A stretch of DNA of 62,825 nucleotides, the filler included, from Stramenopiles sp. TOSAG23-3 (lineage: Eukaryota): assembly GCA_900128585.1 (NCBI GenBank). It is 17 parts of 17 records of this genome, joined end to end, with 100 filler letters (N's around TTAATTAATTAA, not from the genome) between each part and the next. Parts side by side here need not be neighbours in the genome. Positions count along the whole stretch, not along the records: positions 22,328 to 25,931 come from LT644152.1; positions 26,032 to 29,634 come from LT644153.1; positions 29,735 to 33,336 come from LT644154.1; positions 33,437 to 37,034 come from LT644155.1; 13 more parts are not named here. One strand, given 5' to 3'. This document shows, piece after piece, positions 23,860 through 35,265 of the stretch (the first letter of the stretch is position 1; the number at the start of each line of letters is the position of its first letter). The notes beneath the pieces are model-generated. The model had not been told where the DNA came from. It searched no databases and was given only the letters and a program-made list of their open reading frames with translations. A program made the translations under genes and the position numbers.

Positions 23860-25728
23860 TTACGCTTTGTTCCCAGGGACAGCGTTCGCTTTGTTGATGC
23901 TATCGAGATGTTCCTTCATGTTTGTCGAATGCGCCGCAACCCCGTCGTTCATCTCTTCGTCCGCAACGAAGCACATGATAAGAGTGTCCATTCCCATGCC
24001 AAACACCTCAAACGCCACGGCTGACATGACAAATGCCAAGCAGCAAATGACGAACAAGACTAAATACGGACTCTTCAGCTGAGTTTTCCACGGCTCGACG
24101 TATTCCATCAGAGCGAAAGATACCACCAGGGTAAACAGGACGACGAAGGCCCGGCCAAGTTTTACAACAATTCTTCCAAGGGCTTGGGCGGTTCCAATTC
24201 GTAGCGCATTCTTATTCAGAAACCCAAAGAGTTTGTAGCACGACGGAAGGAAGCTCGTTCCGAATATTGCGGTAAAGATGTACGCCTGGGTTGATATGTA
24301 CTTCAGGCACGTCTCAATGCACCGGGTAAGGCACTTCAGGATGCAGGCAAGGCATTTAATGACCTTGCTGTCCGGGGACTGTTTTTCGGCTTGCTGAATC
24401 ATGTAGTCAACGATTCGCCGGATTGCCTCCGCGATTGCGACGATAAGCGATCCGAAAACCATGGTGCCCATATGTTTCGTCCACGCCAGGCAAAACGCTT
24501 TGTGAACAGGGCTTTTCAGCTGTTTTTTCCCGTTCTCTTGGGGGGCAAAGTACCATTGCGCAAACGAACTGGCGACCATAAAGTTCATCATTGCGATAAG
24601 GAACGCGTTCACCCAGAGCATGCCGAACATGTGGTAGTACACAGCCTGCTGCAAAGATTCGCTGTATTTCATCGTCTGCGGGACGACGGAAAGGACGCTG
24701 GACTTGGCGTTGACCACAATGTCAACCGCACTTGCGTTCGAAGAATCTTGGAATGTTCCCGCACTTGCCAACCCACCTGCAACGGCGATCCAGAGGATGT
24801 AGAATATTGCAATCAGCGCAAACTTGAAGATGGGCAAGCCAAACATGGCCGGCATGTCGGCCAGCGCACCGGTGACCTCCTTCAGAATGGCGATCGCAAA
24901 CTGGATCCTTGATCGCATGAAGCAGATGAGGGCGCACCAGAGAATCGCGAGCACGAAACATATGATTCCAAACACTTGGTAAGTCGAAGCCTGGTCGGCC
25001 GTTACGGTGCTGCTCGACGCCATGCTCATAAAGATGGCCCCTGTGCCGCACAACCCGGCCAACACACACGCGATGATAAACCAAATGATTATGCCCGCGC
25101 AATACTTTGTAATGACAAAGTAGACGACGATCGATAATAAGGCAACGACGCCTCCGATGGCAATGACACCCGCGCCGTCGGAGAGAGCCGCAATCGCTTC
25201 CGAAAGGCTTGCACTGGCCTTCACCGTATTCGTCCCGTTGGTGTTTGGCACGCAAACTTTCATCGTTCCAACGGTCGACACCTTACTGCCCATGGCATGG
25301 TATAAAATTACTTTTTGTACCTCATTCGTTTTCTTGCTGTAGATCATTGCAGTGTATTTTCCGCCAGCCTCCGGGCACTCGTCCGTGCAGACCGAGTAGT
25401 TTGTCAAGGCGGAGTACGTCTTCTTATTGACGTCCTGCCACACAATTGGAAGGAACAGCTTATCGTAGGTTGCACCGACACCCTGGTGACCCGAGGATTG
25501 AACAATATCAATGCCGCAGATTCTTCCGTCGACTTGAAACCCACGTTTGAATACGTTCACGTCGCCTTGGGAGGCCGCCATGGCAGCAACGATGACCATG
25601 CCTACCCAGAATATGCCGAACAGGGCGACGCACAGGCAGTCCGTGCATTTCCTTTCCGACGTATCAATCGAAAAGTTTCCATCGGAGTCTTTCTCGAAAC
25701 TCTTTTTGTAATCGTCTTCCTTTCCCAT
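23860..25728 (-). CDS. Choline transporter-like (CTL/SLC44) protein
   Basis: ERKCTDCLC N-terminal motif, about 10 TM segments, HMGTMVFGSLIVAI, CLKYISTQAYIFTAIFGTSFLPSC and DTLIMCFVADEE. The probable ATG is at 25728, where the upstream microsatellite ends. Confidence 0.92.
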   Translation of the reverse strand: MGKEDDYKKSFEKDSDGNFSIDTSERKCTDCLCVALFGIFWVGMVIVAAMAASQGDVNVFKRGFQVDGRICGIDIVQSSGHQGVGATYDKLFLPIVWQDVNKKTYSALTNYSVCTDECPEAGGKYTAMIYSKKTNEVQKVILYHAMGSKVSTVGTMKVCVPNTNGTNTVKASASLSEAIAALSDGAGVIAIGGVVALLSIVVYFVITKYCAGIIIWFIIACVLAGLCGTGAIFMSMASSSTVTADQASTYQVFGIICFVLAILWCALICFMRSRIQFAIAILKEVTGALADMPAMFGLPIFKFALIAIFYILWIAVAGGLASAGTFQDSSNASAVDIVVNAKSSVLSVVPQTMKYSESLQQAVYYHMFGMLWVNAFLIAMMNFMVASSFAQWYFAPQENGKKQLKSPVHKAFCLAWTKHMGTMVFGSLIVAIAEAIRRIVDYMIQQAEKQSPDSKVIKCLACILKCLTRCIETCLKYISTQAYIFTAIFGTSFLPSCYKLFGFLNKNALRIGTAQALGRIVVKLGRAFVVLFTLVVSFALMEYVEPWKTQLKSPYLVLFVICCLAFVMSAVAFEVFGMGMDTLIMCFVADEEMNDGVAAHSTNMKEHLDSINKANAVPGNKA

Positions 25729-26031
25729 GATGGTGGTGGTGGTGGTGGTAGTAGTGGTATGTATGTATGTATGTGTGTGTGTATGTATGCAAATGCAGTT
25801 GTCGTTTGTTTTATACGTATTTACTTGCCCGTTTAAATACAAAATGATAATCCAATGTAATTAAATAAAAACACCAAACATCAAATATCAATATCCCTTC
25901 TTTTTGAATCCATTGACCTTCTTCTTCTTCTNNNNNNNNNNNNNNNNNNNNNNNNNNNNNNNNNNNNNNNNNNNNTTAATTAATTAANNNNNNNNNNNNN
26001 NNNNNNNNNNNNNNNNNNNNNNNNNNNNNNN

Positions 26032-26305
26032 CCTGAATGCAACGCTTCGTTTTTAGCCAAGGTAAGAATTTCCTCGAAAAGCTCTTCGAATCTATGCATC
26101 CAAGATTGCAAAAGGTGGCAATTTTCGACGAGTACCCAATCGCCGCACTTGGCGGCATCTCTGATTGTCTTTTCCGTTACTTCTTCTCGCCCTTTCTGTA
26201 CGGAGAGCACGATCAGGTTTTTGTCCTTCTTATTAGCGTACTTACGCAACGTTTCGGTCGGATCGTACGCGGACTCGTGGAGTACAAATATCATTGGCGT
26301 AGTGG
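26032..26305 (-). CDS. Dynein heavy chain fragment (AAA6 region)
   Basis: TPMIFVL...DPTETL...DAAKCGDWVLVENCHLLQSWMHRFE matches the dynein AAA6 consensus GxWVLLxNCHLxxSWM. Confidence 0.8.
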
Positions 26306-26597
26306 CGAATTGGTGGAAGGTGACCCAATCGAGGTGTACCTCGAGTGTCCGGTGTTGCGAGTCAGCCCCCGGCTGAAATATCGGGAAGAAAGCGATAACA
26401 ATGTTGGCGATGGCTACACCAAATATGTATTTGACTGTCCAATGTATAAAACATTTGAGCGAGTAGGGCGCATGTCCACCCATGGAGATAGCGACAACTT
26501 CATAGGTTTCGTACCACTTCCAACGAGCAGTTCTCCAACGGTTTGGGCGCTGCGAGGAGCAGCTATACTGCTTCAAACGGAGACGGACGACGTGTGA
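26295..26597 (+). CDS. Dynein heavy chain C-terminal fragment
   Basis: FDCPMYKTFERVGRMSTHGDSDNFI...LPT...WALRGAAILLQ matches the axonemal dynein C-terminal consensus YxCPVYKTxxRxGxLSTTGHSTNF...WxxRGVALLCQ. Confidence 0.85.
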   Translation, partial: WRSGELVEGDPIEVYLECPVLRVSPRLKYREESDNNVGDGYTKYVFDCPMYKTFERVGRMSTHGDSDNFIGFVPLPTSSSPTVWALRGAAILLQTETDDV

Positions 26598-26980
26598 AGC
26601 GAAATGTTGAAATCGAATAATTTTAACCCGGCGAGGGAAAAACTTGCGCGTACTTTATTTTATAATCTAACCAATGTGATTAAAATATACGAGTATTATC
26701 GAGATTTAACACTTTTTTACTCGAGGAATTTAAATTTTAAAAATAATTTATTACTCCTTTTACTACTTTAAATTTAATGCTTTTTACAACTCCTCTGTTT
26801 TAATACATTTGAAAGTCGGCACAAAGGTAGTTTTGCATGGCTTTGACAGCGTGTCCCCGACCCATATACTCTTCGTACAGTTCCTTTTGTCGGTTGAGCA
26901 TTTCCACGGCGGATTTGTTGCGTGAATATTGCATGTCGTCTCGAGATTCCGCTGTCCCGGCGTCCGCATAAAAATCGTAA

Positions 26981-29005
26981 TCAAAGCCATGGTTGTGCGC
27001 GGTGGAGTCGCTGCGATTCCCACTCGAAGAGGCTGCTATAATTTCCTTGAAATAGAAGTCGAAGATATTCTGATGTGAACATTGGGTTGGTTCTATCCTT
27101 TAATGTAAACGTATCCGTCCGTGAAAAATCACTTTGAGTAAAGATTTCGGATAAACCTTTCACGAGCGGGGCATTCCAATTTCCCTCAGGTTCTGAAAGA
27201 AACGAACGAAAGCTTGGCCCGCGCGTAGAGGTCAACAAGTGACAAATTGCTATTTCTGTTGCACTGCCCCATTCTGAAATTCTGGTGTACTCATTTAAAT
27301 TTCGCATCAGACGATCAAAATAGCGTTTGGCTCGATCATATGAATCTACGAAGTAAGGATATAAAGATGGTGAGCAATACAATATTGACCCAAAATGAAC
27401 ATAAGAGACATTAAGTGACCAGCAAAGTCGAGCAAAATTTGCAAGAACAGTTCTTCTGAACCGGTTTCCTTCATCACTGTTTATGCAGTCAACAACAAAT
27501 ACATCTTTCATGTTCATGTGTCCACTTGACTTCCATAATTCATACATCAAAGCTTTTTCAATTTCTTTATTTGACTTGGCAGCCTTAACATGTTCAAAGA
27601 ATCGCAACCCAGCCGTCCTGTTAATACAGTTCGATTGGTTCATTTCTTGTGTGGACAGAATCCAAATCAGGTTGTATACAACCCTAACCCTTTGAACGTA
27701 GCCAGCGTTTTCTCGCCAGTGTTGTCGCTTAACAAACTTATACTCAGTTAAAGAATCTGGCTCGTGCTCAGCAATCGGACGAGTGAAGTAATTAAACACC
27801 GCTTGCCTCACCTTCGTTCCATGAAAGATACAATCTTGTCGCAAGAATTGAAAGCCATGCATACTGCTATTATCAAAATATTCAAACGGAAATTGACGAA
27901 ATATCCCGTTGAGTTCAGTCGCATAGATTTTTAAATTCTTTTTACGAAATGAACTAGGTGCGCGCATCACTCTGCCTGCAACTTTTCTGTTTTTAAAAAG
28001 CAATATGGTCAGGTAAAAAGAGTTGAAAGTATAAAAAAATGAAGGGATGACAACTTACTGGAACGCAGCATTCGACAGGGTACAAACCGTTTCAGCCCAC
28101 GGCGCGCTGATTTCATCGACGATCAATTTCCTTATTTTTTCTGTTCTCATTGTACGAATAGAGTCTCTTTTCTCGCGTTTTTCGTCCTCGACTCTCCAGA
28201 ATTCTTTGTTTCTGCGACTCGCTGCTGACGTTGCACTATGTACAGCACTATTGATGTCGTCGAACGGTATAAGCTCGCTGTTAATAGCAAAAACATTATC
28301 CATGACTTCATGATCTGATCTGATTGCCCTAAACCCTTTGCATTCTGCTCTGACACTTTCAACCGTAAATACCGGCCCTTTTCTTTGCCCAGAAGCATCA
28401 AAAACATCAACCGAACATATCTGAAAAGAAGATGTCGTACACACACGAAGGTCGTGTTCAACGATCCTTTTTAACCCGTTTCGTCTCTGACCTATTCCCG
28501 CCGCCCCGAATGCAGTTGAAATTGGCGAAGATATATCATGCTCGCATCGTGCACAAAGGAAAAGTCCGAACTTGGAGCAGCGACCGTTGGGGGTGCCGCG
28601 AGAAGTGGAGTGGATATGTCTGTTTGAATGCAGCTCACAGCGTGTGGCAGTTGCTAACCTGTACAGCCGTAATGGGGTTGGTAGGAACACCTGGCTGTCA
28701 CAAACCATTTCCATTATATCGGGTACGATACTTCGGTAATTCATGAATCCATGACTGTTGTGATGAAGGATGATGCTACGTAGAGCAGGTTCATAAACAA
28801 AATCCTCATCGTTATTTCCAACAATGCCATACGCGTTCACTTCCTTTAGCATGCTCTTTCCGGCCAATGCAAATGCTATAAAATCTTTCGGACCGAAAAA
28901 TGGAAAGAAGGTAGATCTGATAAACGCCATGTCACATATCGGGGCGGGCAAGGGTTGGAGCTCATACTCCAGTGGCTGATTCCCTTTTCGTCTCTTGGAT
29001 GTCAT
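26981..29005 (-). CDS. Hypothetical protein, two exons (29005-28059 and 27986-26981); weak F-box-like N-terminus
   Basis: Two same-frame ORFs are separated by a 72-nt GTAAGT...CTGAC...AAACAG intron (28058-27987). Removing it joins ...NAAFQ to KVAGR... in frame. The 3' end is uncertain. Confidence 0.65.
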
Positions 29006-29734
29006 TTTCTCCCACTGATGACTGGTCTGGTGTGTTTTTTTATGAAATAATGTGCTGGATAAGAATAATTTTGTTGTCGTTGAACGTGGGAAATGGTTTT
29101 CAATCTTAATGTTTCTTTCGAAAAATAATTATATTTTGGAAACGTTCATTTATAATAGTACTGAATCTTCTCTCAGTTCCTTTGTGTGGTCAGCCAGTTT
29201 CCGTACACAAATTGAAATTGTTGTTTGTGTTGTCCTTTGCTGCTTCTTGCCCACCACACACACCACATCATAATTTCTCTTTCTATTGTTGTGATGCTAT
29301 GGTATGTGGTGTAATATAAAATCAGAGCTAATTTTTCTTCTTTCTTCTTTTAGTTCTTAATTATTATATTTATTATACACACAGCATTACATTAATGAAA
29401 TCTATAATAATTATCATCAATTTGATTAGGGTTAATATACGCGTAGGATTGATTTGGGCGGGATGGCGGGATTAGTACAAGTACATTTTAACATGGGTAT
29501 AACATTAATGTTATTTCGATATATATTCTTATCTGGTTTTATAATGGTGAATGATATAGAGATACGATGAATGAAGAAAATACCGAAGAAGAAAAAAGAA
29601 GAAGTGTGATGATCTTCAAACTCGTACTCTATACNNNNNNNNNNNNNNNNNNNNNNNNNNNNNNNNNNNNNNNNNNNNTTAATTAATTAANNNNNNNNNN
29701 NNNNNNNNNNNNNNNNNNNNNNNNNNNNNNNNNN

Positions 29735-29865
29735 CTTCTTTCTTCTTCTTTCTTCTTCTTTCTTCTTCTTCTTTCTTCTTCTTTCTTCTTCTTTCTTCTT
29801 CTTTCTTCTTCTTCTTTCTTCTTCTTCTTTCTTCTTCTTTCTTCTTTCTTCTTTCTTCTTTCTTC
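29735..29865. repeat. (TTC/TTTC)n microsatellite at contig start
   Basis: Seen directly. Confidence 0.95.
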
Positions 29866-30240
29866 TATTAATTTGTAGGGCTGTGTGTGGTTCATTGGGC
29901 GGAGGAGGAGAGGACGGAAGAAGGATATGATGATGATGGCAAGAAGAAGAAGAAGAAGTGGCAAAAAAAAAAGGTATTCTTCTTCTTATTTATTATTAAA
30001 ATATGGATTGAGATTGAAGAACATATTATGTTTAAATCGGTATCGATTCATTTCATTATCGCCACTTTTTGTTTCTTCTTCTTCTTCCTTCATTCGTTCA
30101 TTTGTTGGATTCCTTGTTTGTTTGTTGTTTTGTTGTTGGTACTATTGATATATACAATAGACGAAACCAAACACCACCACCGCTGCTCTGCTCTCCCCCC
30201 CCGTTCAATACCCACACCAATTCGTGAACGACCACCAACC

Positions 30241-33200
30241 ATGCAAGGTGCCGCCGCCCTGGACTTGATACGCCAGCATCTGCGCACGAAGGCGAGCGAG
30301 ATCGACGCCCTTCGAATCGACACGAAGCGCCTCGATGAAAAGTTTGTCCAGCTGCGGGGCCACCCCCCGCCCCGCCCGAGCGTCCCGAGGGATAAGATCG
30401 ACTCCGACATTGCCCGGCTGGAGCACCGCCGTACGACGACGTCCATGTCGCTGTCCGCGGAGAAAAAGCTGCTGAAAGAGATCGAGAAGATCGCCTCCAT
30501 GCGCAAGGCGCACTCCGCCGTCGACGCCCACAACACAACACTGGACGACATCCGGGCCAACAAGGACGCCGCGTTCGACAGGCTCCGGGAGCTGCGGTCC
30601 ATTGTTGCCGACCTCCAGAAGGCCGAGGCGAAGCTGCTCGTGTGCGAGCGCCTGGGCGGGGTCGTCCAGCCGTCCGAGTTGGTGGAGACGTCCGTCTCGC
30701 TCGAGGGGAACGCGGACAAGATCGGTGCCATCGTAGGGAAGGGGGGGAACACGCTCCGCCAGAAAGAGTCGGAGTACGGGGTCTCCATCGACATCGACCG
30801 CAAGGAGAACGTGGTCAACCTCATGGGCACCCCCGACGGCGTCGCGAAGGCGGGGCAGTGGATCCAGAACGTGTTCGACGCGATCGAGGTCGAGGTCGCC
30901 GTGACGGACGAGGTGCTCCGCCTTCTCGTCCTGCGGAAAGGGGAGCGGTTGAAGCGCCTCGAGTCCGACTTTGGCCTGAGGGTCAACCTGAACCGGGACG
31001 AGCTGAAGCTGGTGGCTCGTGGGGGCGCAAAGTCCATCAAGGGCATGGAGCGCACCATCAAGGAGTGGGTCAACGCCGCGGTGGCCGTGGGCGTGCCCGC
31101 CCAGCTGCTGCCAAGGCTCGTGGGGAAGAAGGGCGCCGTCGTGAAGGCATTCGAGCAGGAGCACGGTGTCGACGTCCAGATCGACCGGGAGAACGAGGTC
31201 TTTGTGCTGCACGGCGACGCGGACAACCTTGCCCGCGCCAGGGCCGCGCTCGAGGCGGCCGTAGAGGAGAACACGGAGCACGAAAAGCTGTACGAGTTGA
31301 AGCCCGGGATGGTCCCGGCCCTCATCGGTAAGGGCGGGGGCACGATCCAAAAGATCCAGAAGGAGTCCAGCACGTACATCAACATCGACAGGCAGAGCAA
31401 GCAGAGCCGGCGCCGGCGCCGGAACAAGGGCGGGGAGGACGACGAGGTTCCCGCCGAGCCCGCCGGGGACGGCATTGACAAGATCGTGGTCAAAGGGACC
31501 ACGGCGGCCCTGGCGAAAGCGGACGAGCTTATCCACGCCTTTTTCGCGCAGTTCGAGAAGGAGAACCAGGTCCTGGAGTTCGACCCGTCCCTGGCGTCCA
31601 TGGTGGTCGGCAAGAAGGGGGAAACCGTGACGGGGATACAGAAAGAGAACGAAGTCAGCATCGACGTCGACCGGGACAGCGGAAAGATTGTTGTTCGCGG
31701 CGAGGAGGAGAACGTCCTCAACGCCGTCGCCGCCCTGAAAGCCGTGCTCGACAGCTACAAGGCCATCCGGCTGAATGGCTCCTCGGACGAGCTGGGGTCC
31801 ATCATCGGAAAGAGCGGCGCGACGATCCAAGGCTTGACCAAGGACAGCGGCGCGCAGATCAAGGTCGATCGCAAGACGGGGACTATCGACATTTCTGGCC
31901 CCGCGGACAACGTCGCCAAGGCCAAGGATGCCGTAGAGGCCCTCCTGGAAAAGTTTCGCCGCGAGAACGTCAGCATCGAGCTCGACGCCGACTTTATCCC
32001 GTCGTTGATCGGGAAGGGCGGGGAGAACATCAAGCAACTCCGGGAAGAGATGGGCGTGCAGATCGACCTGGGGCCCCGTGGGTCCGGGGCGGTGGTCCTT
32101 CGTGGCGACGAAGACAAGCTGGGCCCGGCGAAGGAAAAGCTCGTCGAGCTCGCGGAGCGCTACAAGAAGGAGAACGTCATGGTCCGGATTCGCCCCGACG
32201 CGTACAGTGCCCTGATCGGAAAGGGGGGCAAGAACATTCAAAAGCTCCAGGCGGATACGAACACGCAGATCGACGTGCGGCGCGAGAAGAACGAAGTCTT
32301 CATCCGAGGGAAGGACGAGGAATCGGTCAAGCAAGCCGTCCAGCTGGTCACCGAGATCGCCGGGGAGAGCGACGACGTAATCTCGTTGGACATTGGGCTG
32401 GAGCCGAACACGAACGCCGCGGCGGTCATCGTGGGCAAGAAGGGCTCGCAGGTCATGAAGCTCCAGCAGGACTTTCGGGTAACGCTGAACATCGACCGGG
32501 ACGCGGACAAAGTCGTCGTCCGCGGGATGAGCGACGACGTCGCCCGGGCAAAGATCGAAATCGAGAGGCTGCTGAAGGAGAACGTGAGGATCACGAAGGA
32601 CCTCATCATCCCGGAAAGTGCCGTGGCGGAGATTATCGGCAAACGGGGGGCGAACATCCAAAAGTTGACCTCGTCGACGGGGGCGTTCATCGACGTGCTG
32701 CGCCCGGACGACGACCGCAACCCCTCGAAGAAGAACGAGCACGTCGTTCGGATCCGGGGCACAACCGATGCCGTCGCACAGGCATTCGTTTCCATACAGG
32801 CCATTGCGGGGATGATGGAGGACGGCGAGATGCTCGTAGCCCCCCACCACATGGAGCTCCTCAACAAGCAGAAGAACTTGAAGCTGGCCCGGGTCCAGCA
32901 AAAGTTGGGCGTGCAGATTGTCCTCGACGGCGAGGCTGGGACTGTGACCTTTCACGGGGGCAGCGACGGCGATTCCCAGGGGGCGGCCAAGTCGGAAGTG
33001 AAGGCCCTCCTGCAGTTTTTCTTCCCGAAAGAGTTCTCCCGCTACGCCATGAAGCCCGAGGTGTTTTCTGCCACGTTCCCGCGGGGGGAGACCGGCGCTA
33101 AGCTCTCCGAGCTCGCGGAAGACTCCAACGGCGCGACGTTTGAGCTGGACCGAAACACCCGCGTGATCCACGTCATGGGGGACGAAAGCCAGGTGGCCCT

Positions 33201-33336
33201 GGCCATGGTCAAGCTCAAGTCATTGGAGGAGGAGTACAGGCGCCGCGTGAAGGACGTGAGGATTCCGCTGAGCGCCGTCAGGGCCGTCGTGGGCAAGGGC
33301 GGGAAAACGATCAAGAAATTGACCGCCGACACCAAG
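30241..33336 (+). CDS. Multi-KH-domain RNA-binding protein (vigilin-like) with N-terminal coiled coil; 3' truncated
   Basis: Ten canonical [IV]GKxG loops about 70-80 aa apart plus about 3 degenerate KH units. The ATG at 30241 marks the GC transition. Confidence 0.9.
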
Positions 33337-33836
33337 NNNNNNNNNNNNNNNNNNNNNNNNNNNNNNNNNNNNNNNNNNNNTTAATTAATTAANNNNNNNN
33401 NNNNNNNNNNNNNNNNNNNNNNNNNNNNNNNNNNNNTATAATAAAATAATAGTAGATGATTACCTTTCGTTTCATTCTCCATTCTTAACCATTAATCAAA
33501 AGAACATTAATAGAACAGGGTGTACTCGTTTGTTGGAAGTGCTTCTTGCGTCTACGTATCGCTATTCATACTTACTTGCAAACTCGTCGGCGCGTTTACG
33601 GGTGTATCAAAATTTTATCAAGAACTGATAGTGTGTTTTCTGACGCTGCGATCGGCAAGAAGAAAGAACGGTCACGGGAACAGAGGTATACTAGAACTGG
33701 ACGCTGTCAACTCGGGGTGTACACGGATATAGAACAACTATTCGATCGTTCTCACTTTTTTAAATTTTTCTCGTGCGTGATTGTGTGAATTGAAATCGAA
33801 AGAGAGAGTTATATAAATACAAAAATAGGAGCAAAC

Positions 33837-34622
33837 ATGAAGTCGTACCTTTTCTGCATTTTGCTTTTAGTTGCCTTGTGCGGGACGCTGGCGTCCGCCC
33901 GGAAAGGAGGGCTCTCCGTATCGGCGAACAAGTGCCCAATGTCTCAGACGAAGACCAAACCGTCCAAAGAAAAATTGGAGTATTGCGCACACTATTCTGA
34001 AAGTTCATGCTGCACCCCTGCAGAAGACTTGGCCGTCCAGAAAGAAATTAATTTGTACTGGAGGAGTTTGACTGGCCATTGCCCGGGTTGCTTGAATAAC
34101 GCCAAAAGGTTCATGTGCGCATGGCACTGCTCTCCGGACATGCTGGGCTTTGTGAACCCTAAACCGGCGGGGGCTGCGGGATCAAAGAAAACGGGTGTCA
34201 TAAAAATGTGCGGCCAGTTTTGCAATAGCTGGTTCCAAAGCTGCGTGAACACGAGCATTGCAGAAAAGTTCGGTTCCAGCGCCATCAACATGTGCACTGG
34301 TATGATCGATACGAGTTCTGGAAACACGATTGAAGTCAGGGGATACGATTGTTTCAACGACGCGGACGCAGCGAACACCTGCGAAGGGGACACCATCCCG
34401 CCTTTGCCGAAAAGCACGACCAACCTGTGGTTTATCATCACGTGTGTCGTGCTAAGCATCACTGGGTGCGTTTTAATTTTGGCAATATTTGTGAGCGACA
34501 GTCCCTCTGGACCGGGAAGCATGGCAGCCGAGTGGCAGGCCGTGAACAGGGATGACAAAATGGCGGCCACCCCGCTCTTTCGTTCCCCCGCAGACGAAGA
34601 GAGCGACGTGGGACTGCGGTAA
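33837..34622 (+). CDS. Folate-receptor/NPC1-N-terminal-like Cys-rich single-pass membrane protein
   Basis: Signal peptide, the Cys pattern CxxYxxxSCC...C..C......FMCAWHCSP...MCGQFCNSWFQSC, and a C-terminal TM helix. Confidence 0.75.
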   Translation: MKSYLFCILLLVALCGTLASARKGGLSVSANKCPMSQTKTKPSKEKLEYCAHYSESSCCTPAEDLAVQKEINLYWRSLTGHCPGCLNNAKRFMCAWHCSPDMLGFVNPKPAGAAGSKKTGVIKMCGQFCNSWFQSCVNTSIAEKFGSSAINMCTGMIDTSSGNTIEVRGYDCFNDADAANTCEGDTIPPLPKSTTNLWFIITCVVLSITGCVLILAIFVSDSPSGPGSMAAEWQAVNRDDKMAATPLFRSPADEESDVGLR

Positions 34623-35265
34623 ACGGTGCAGGACAGGGAATTCCAAATGGTGGGGATTCACGGCAGTGCCAAAGACCGGCCGGCTGGCCGTTGCCTTATT
34701 GTTTGGTGGTCGTTCGGTCGTAAGTTCTAATACTACACAAAGGGTTTTAAGCTTAAGAATTATATAATTTTCGGTTGTTACAAGAAAAAATTTATAACAT
34801 AATAAAAATTTGTCCTCCTCCCTTCTTCTTCTTGCTTGAGGTTTTATTTATCATATTATGTGGATCTTTTTGGTCGGTCGGTCGGTCGGCTAAGAGAAAT
34901 ATAAATAATGTTATATTTAGGGCAACACCCCTTTAACTCCAACGCTGTATACCTGAAACAATGCTGTACGTATAGTAATCAATGACAAAAAACCGTTTTT
35001 CAAATAATTATTTAAAAAAGTATAGAAACACAGGAAGGGGGGGTGAAGAACAAAAAAGGAGATATAATTATTATAGTCTAGCAGTAAATAAAATGAAATA
35101 ATAATAATAAATCCGGACCAAGTGCAAGTCGTACCGATACGGTACCTTTTGGCCCACACGTGATTAGCCATTACTTGCGAGCAAGATTGAAACAGAAGGG
35201 TAGAAACAGATAGTCGTCCTAGGAGCTCAATGGATCAAGAGGTATACAGGACTTCTTGAGGGAAG

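Noticed and set aside
30090-33171. Long antisense ORFs (988 aa and 543 aa) over the KH gene
   Set aside because: Shadow ORFs caused by very high GC3; they carry no motifs.
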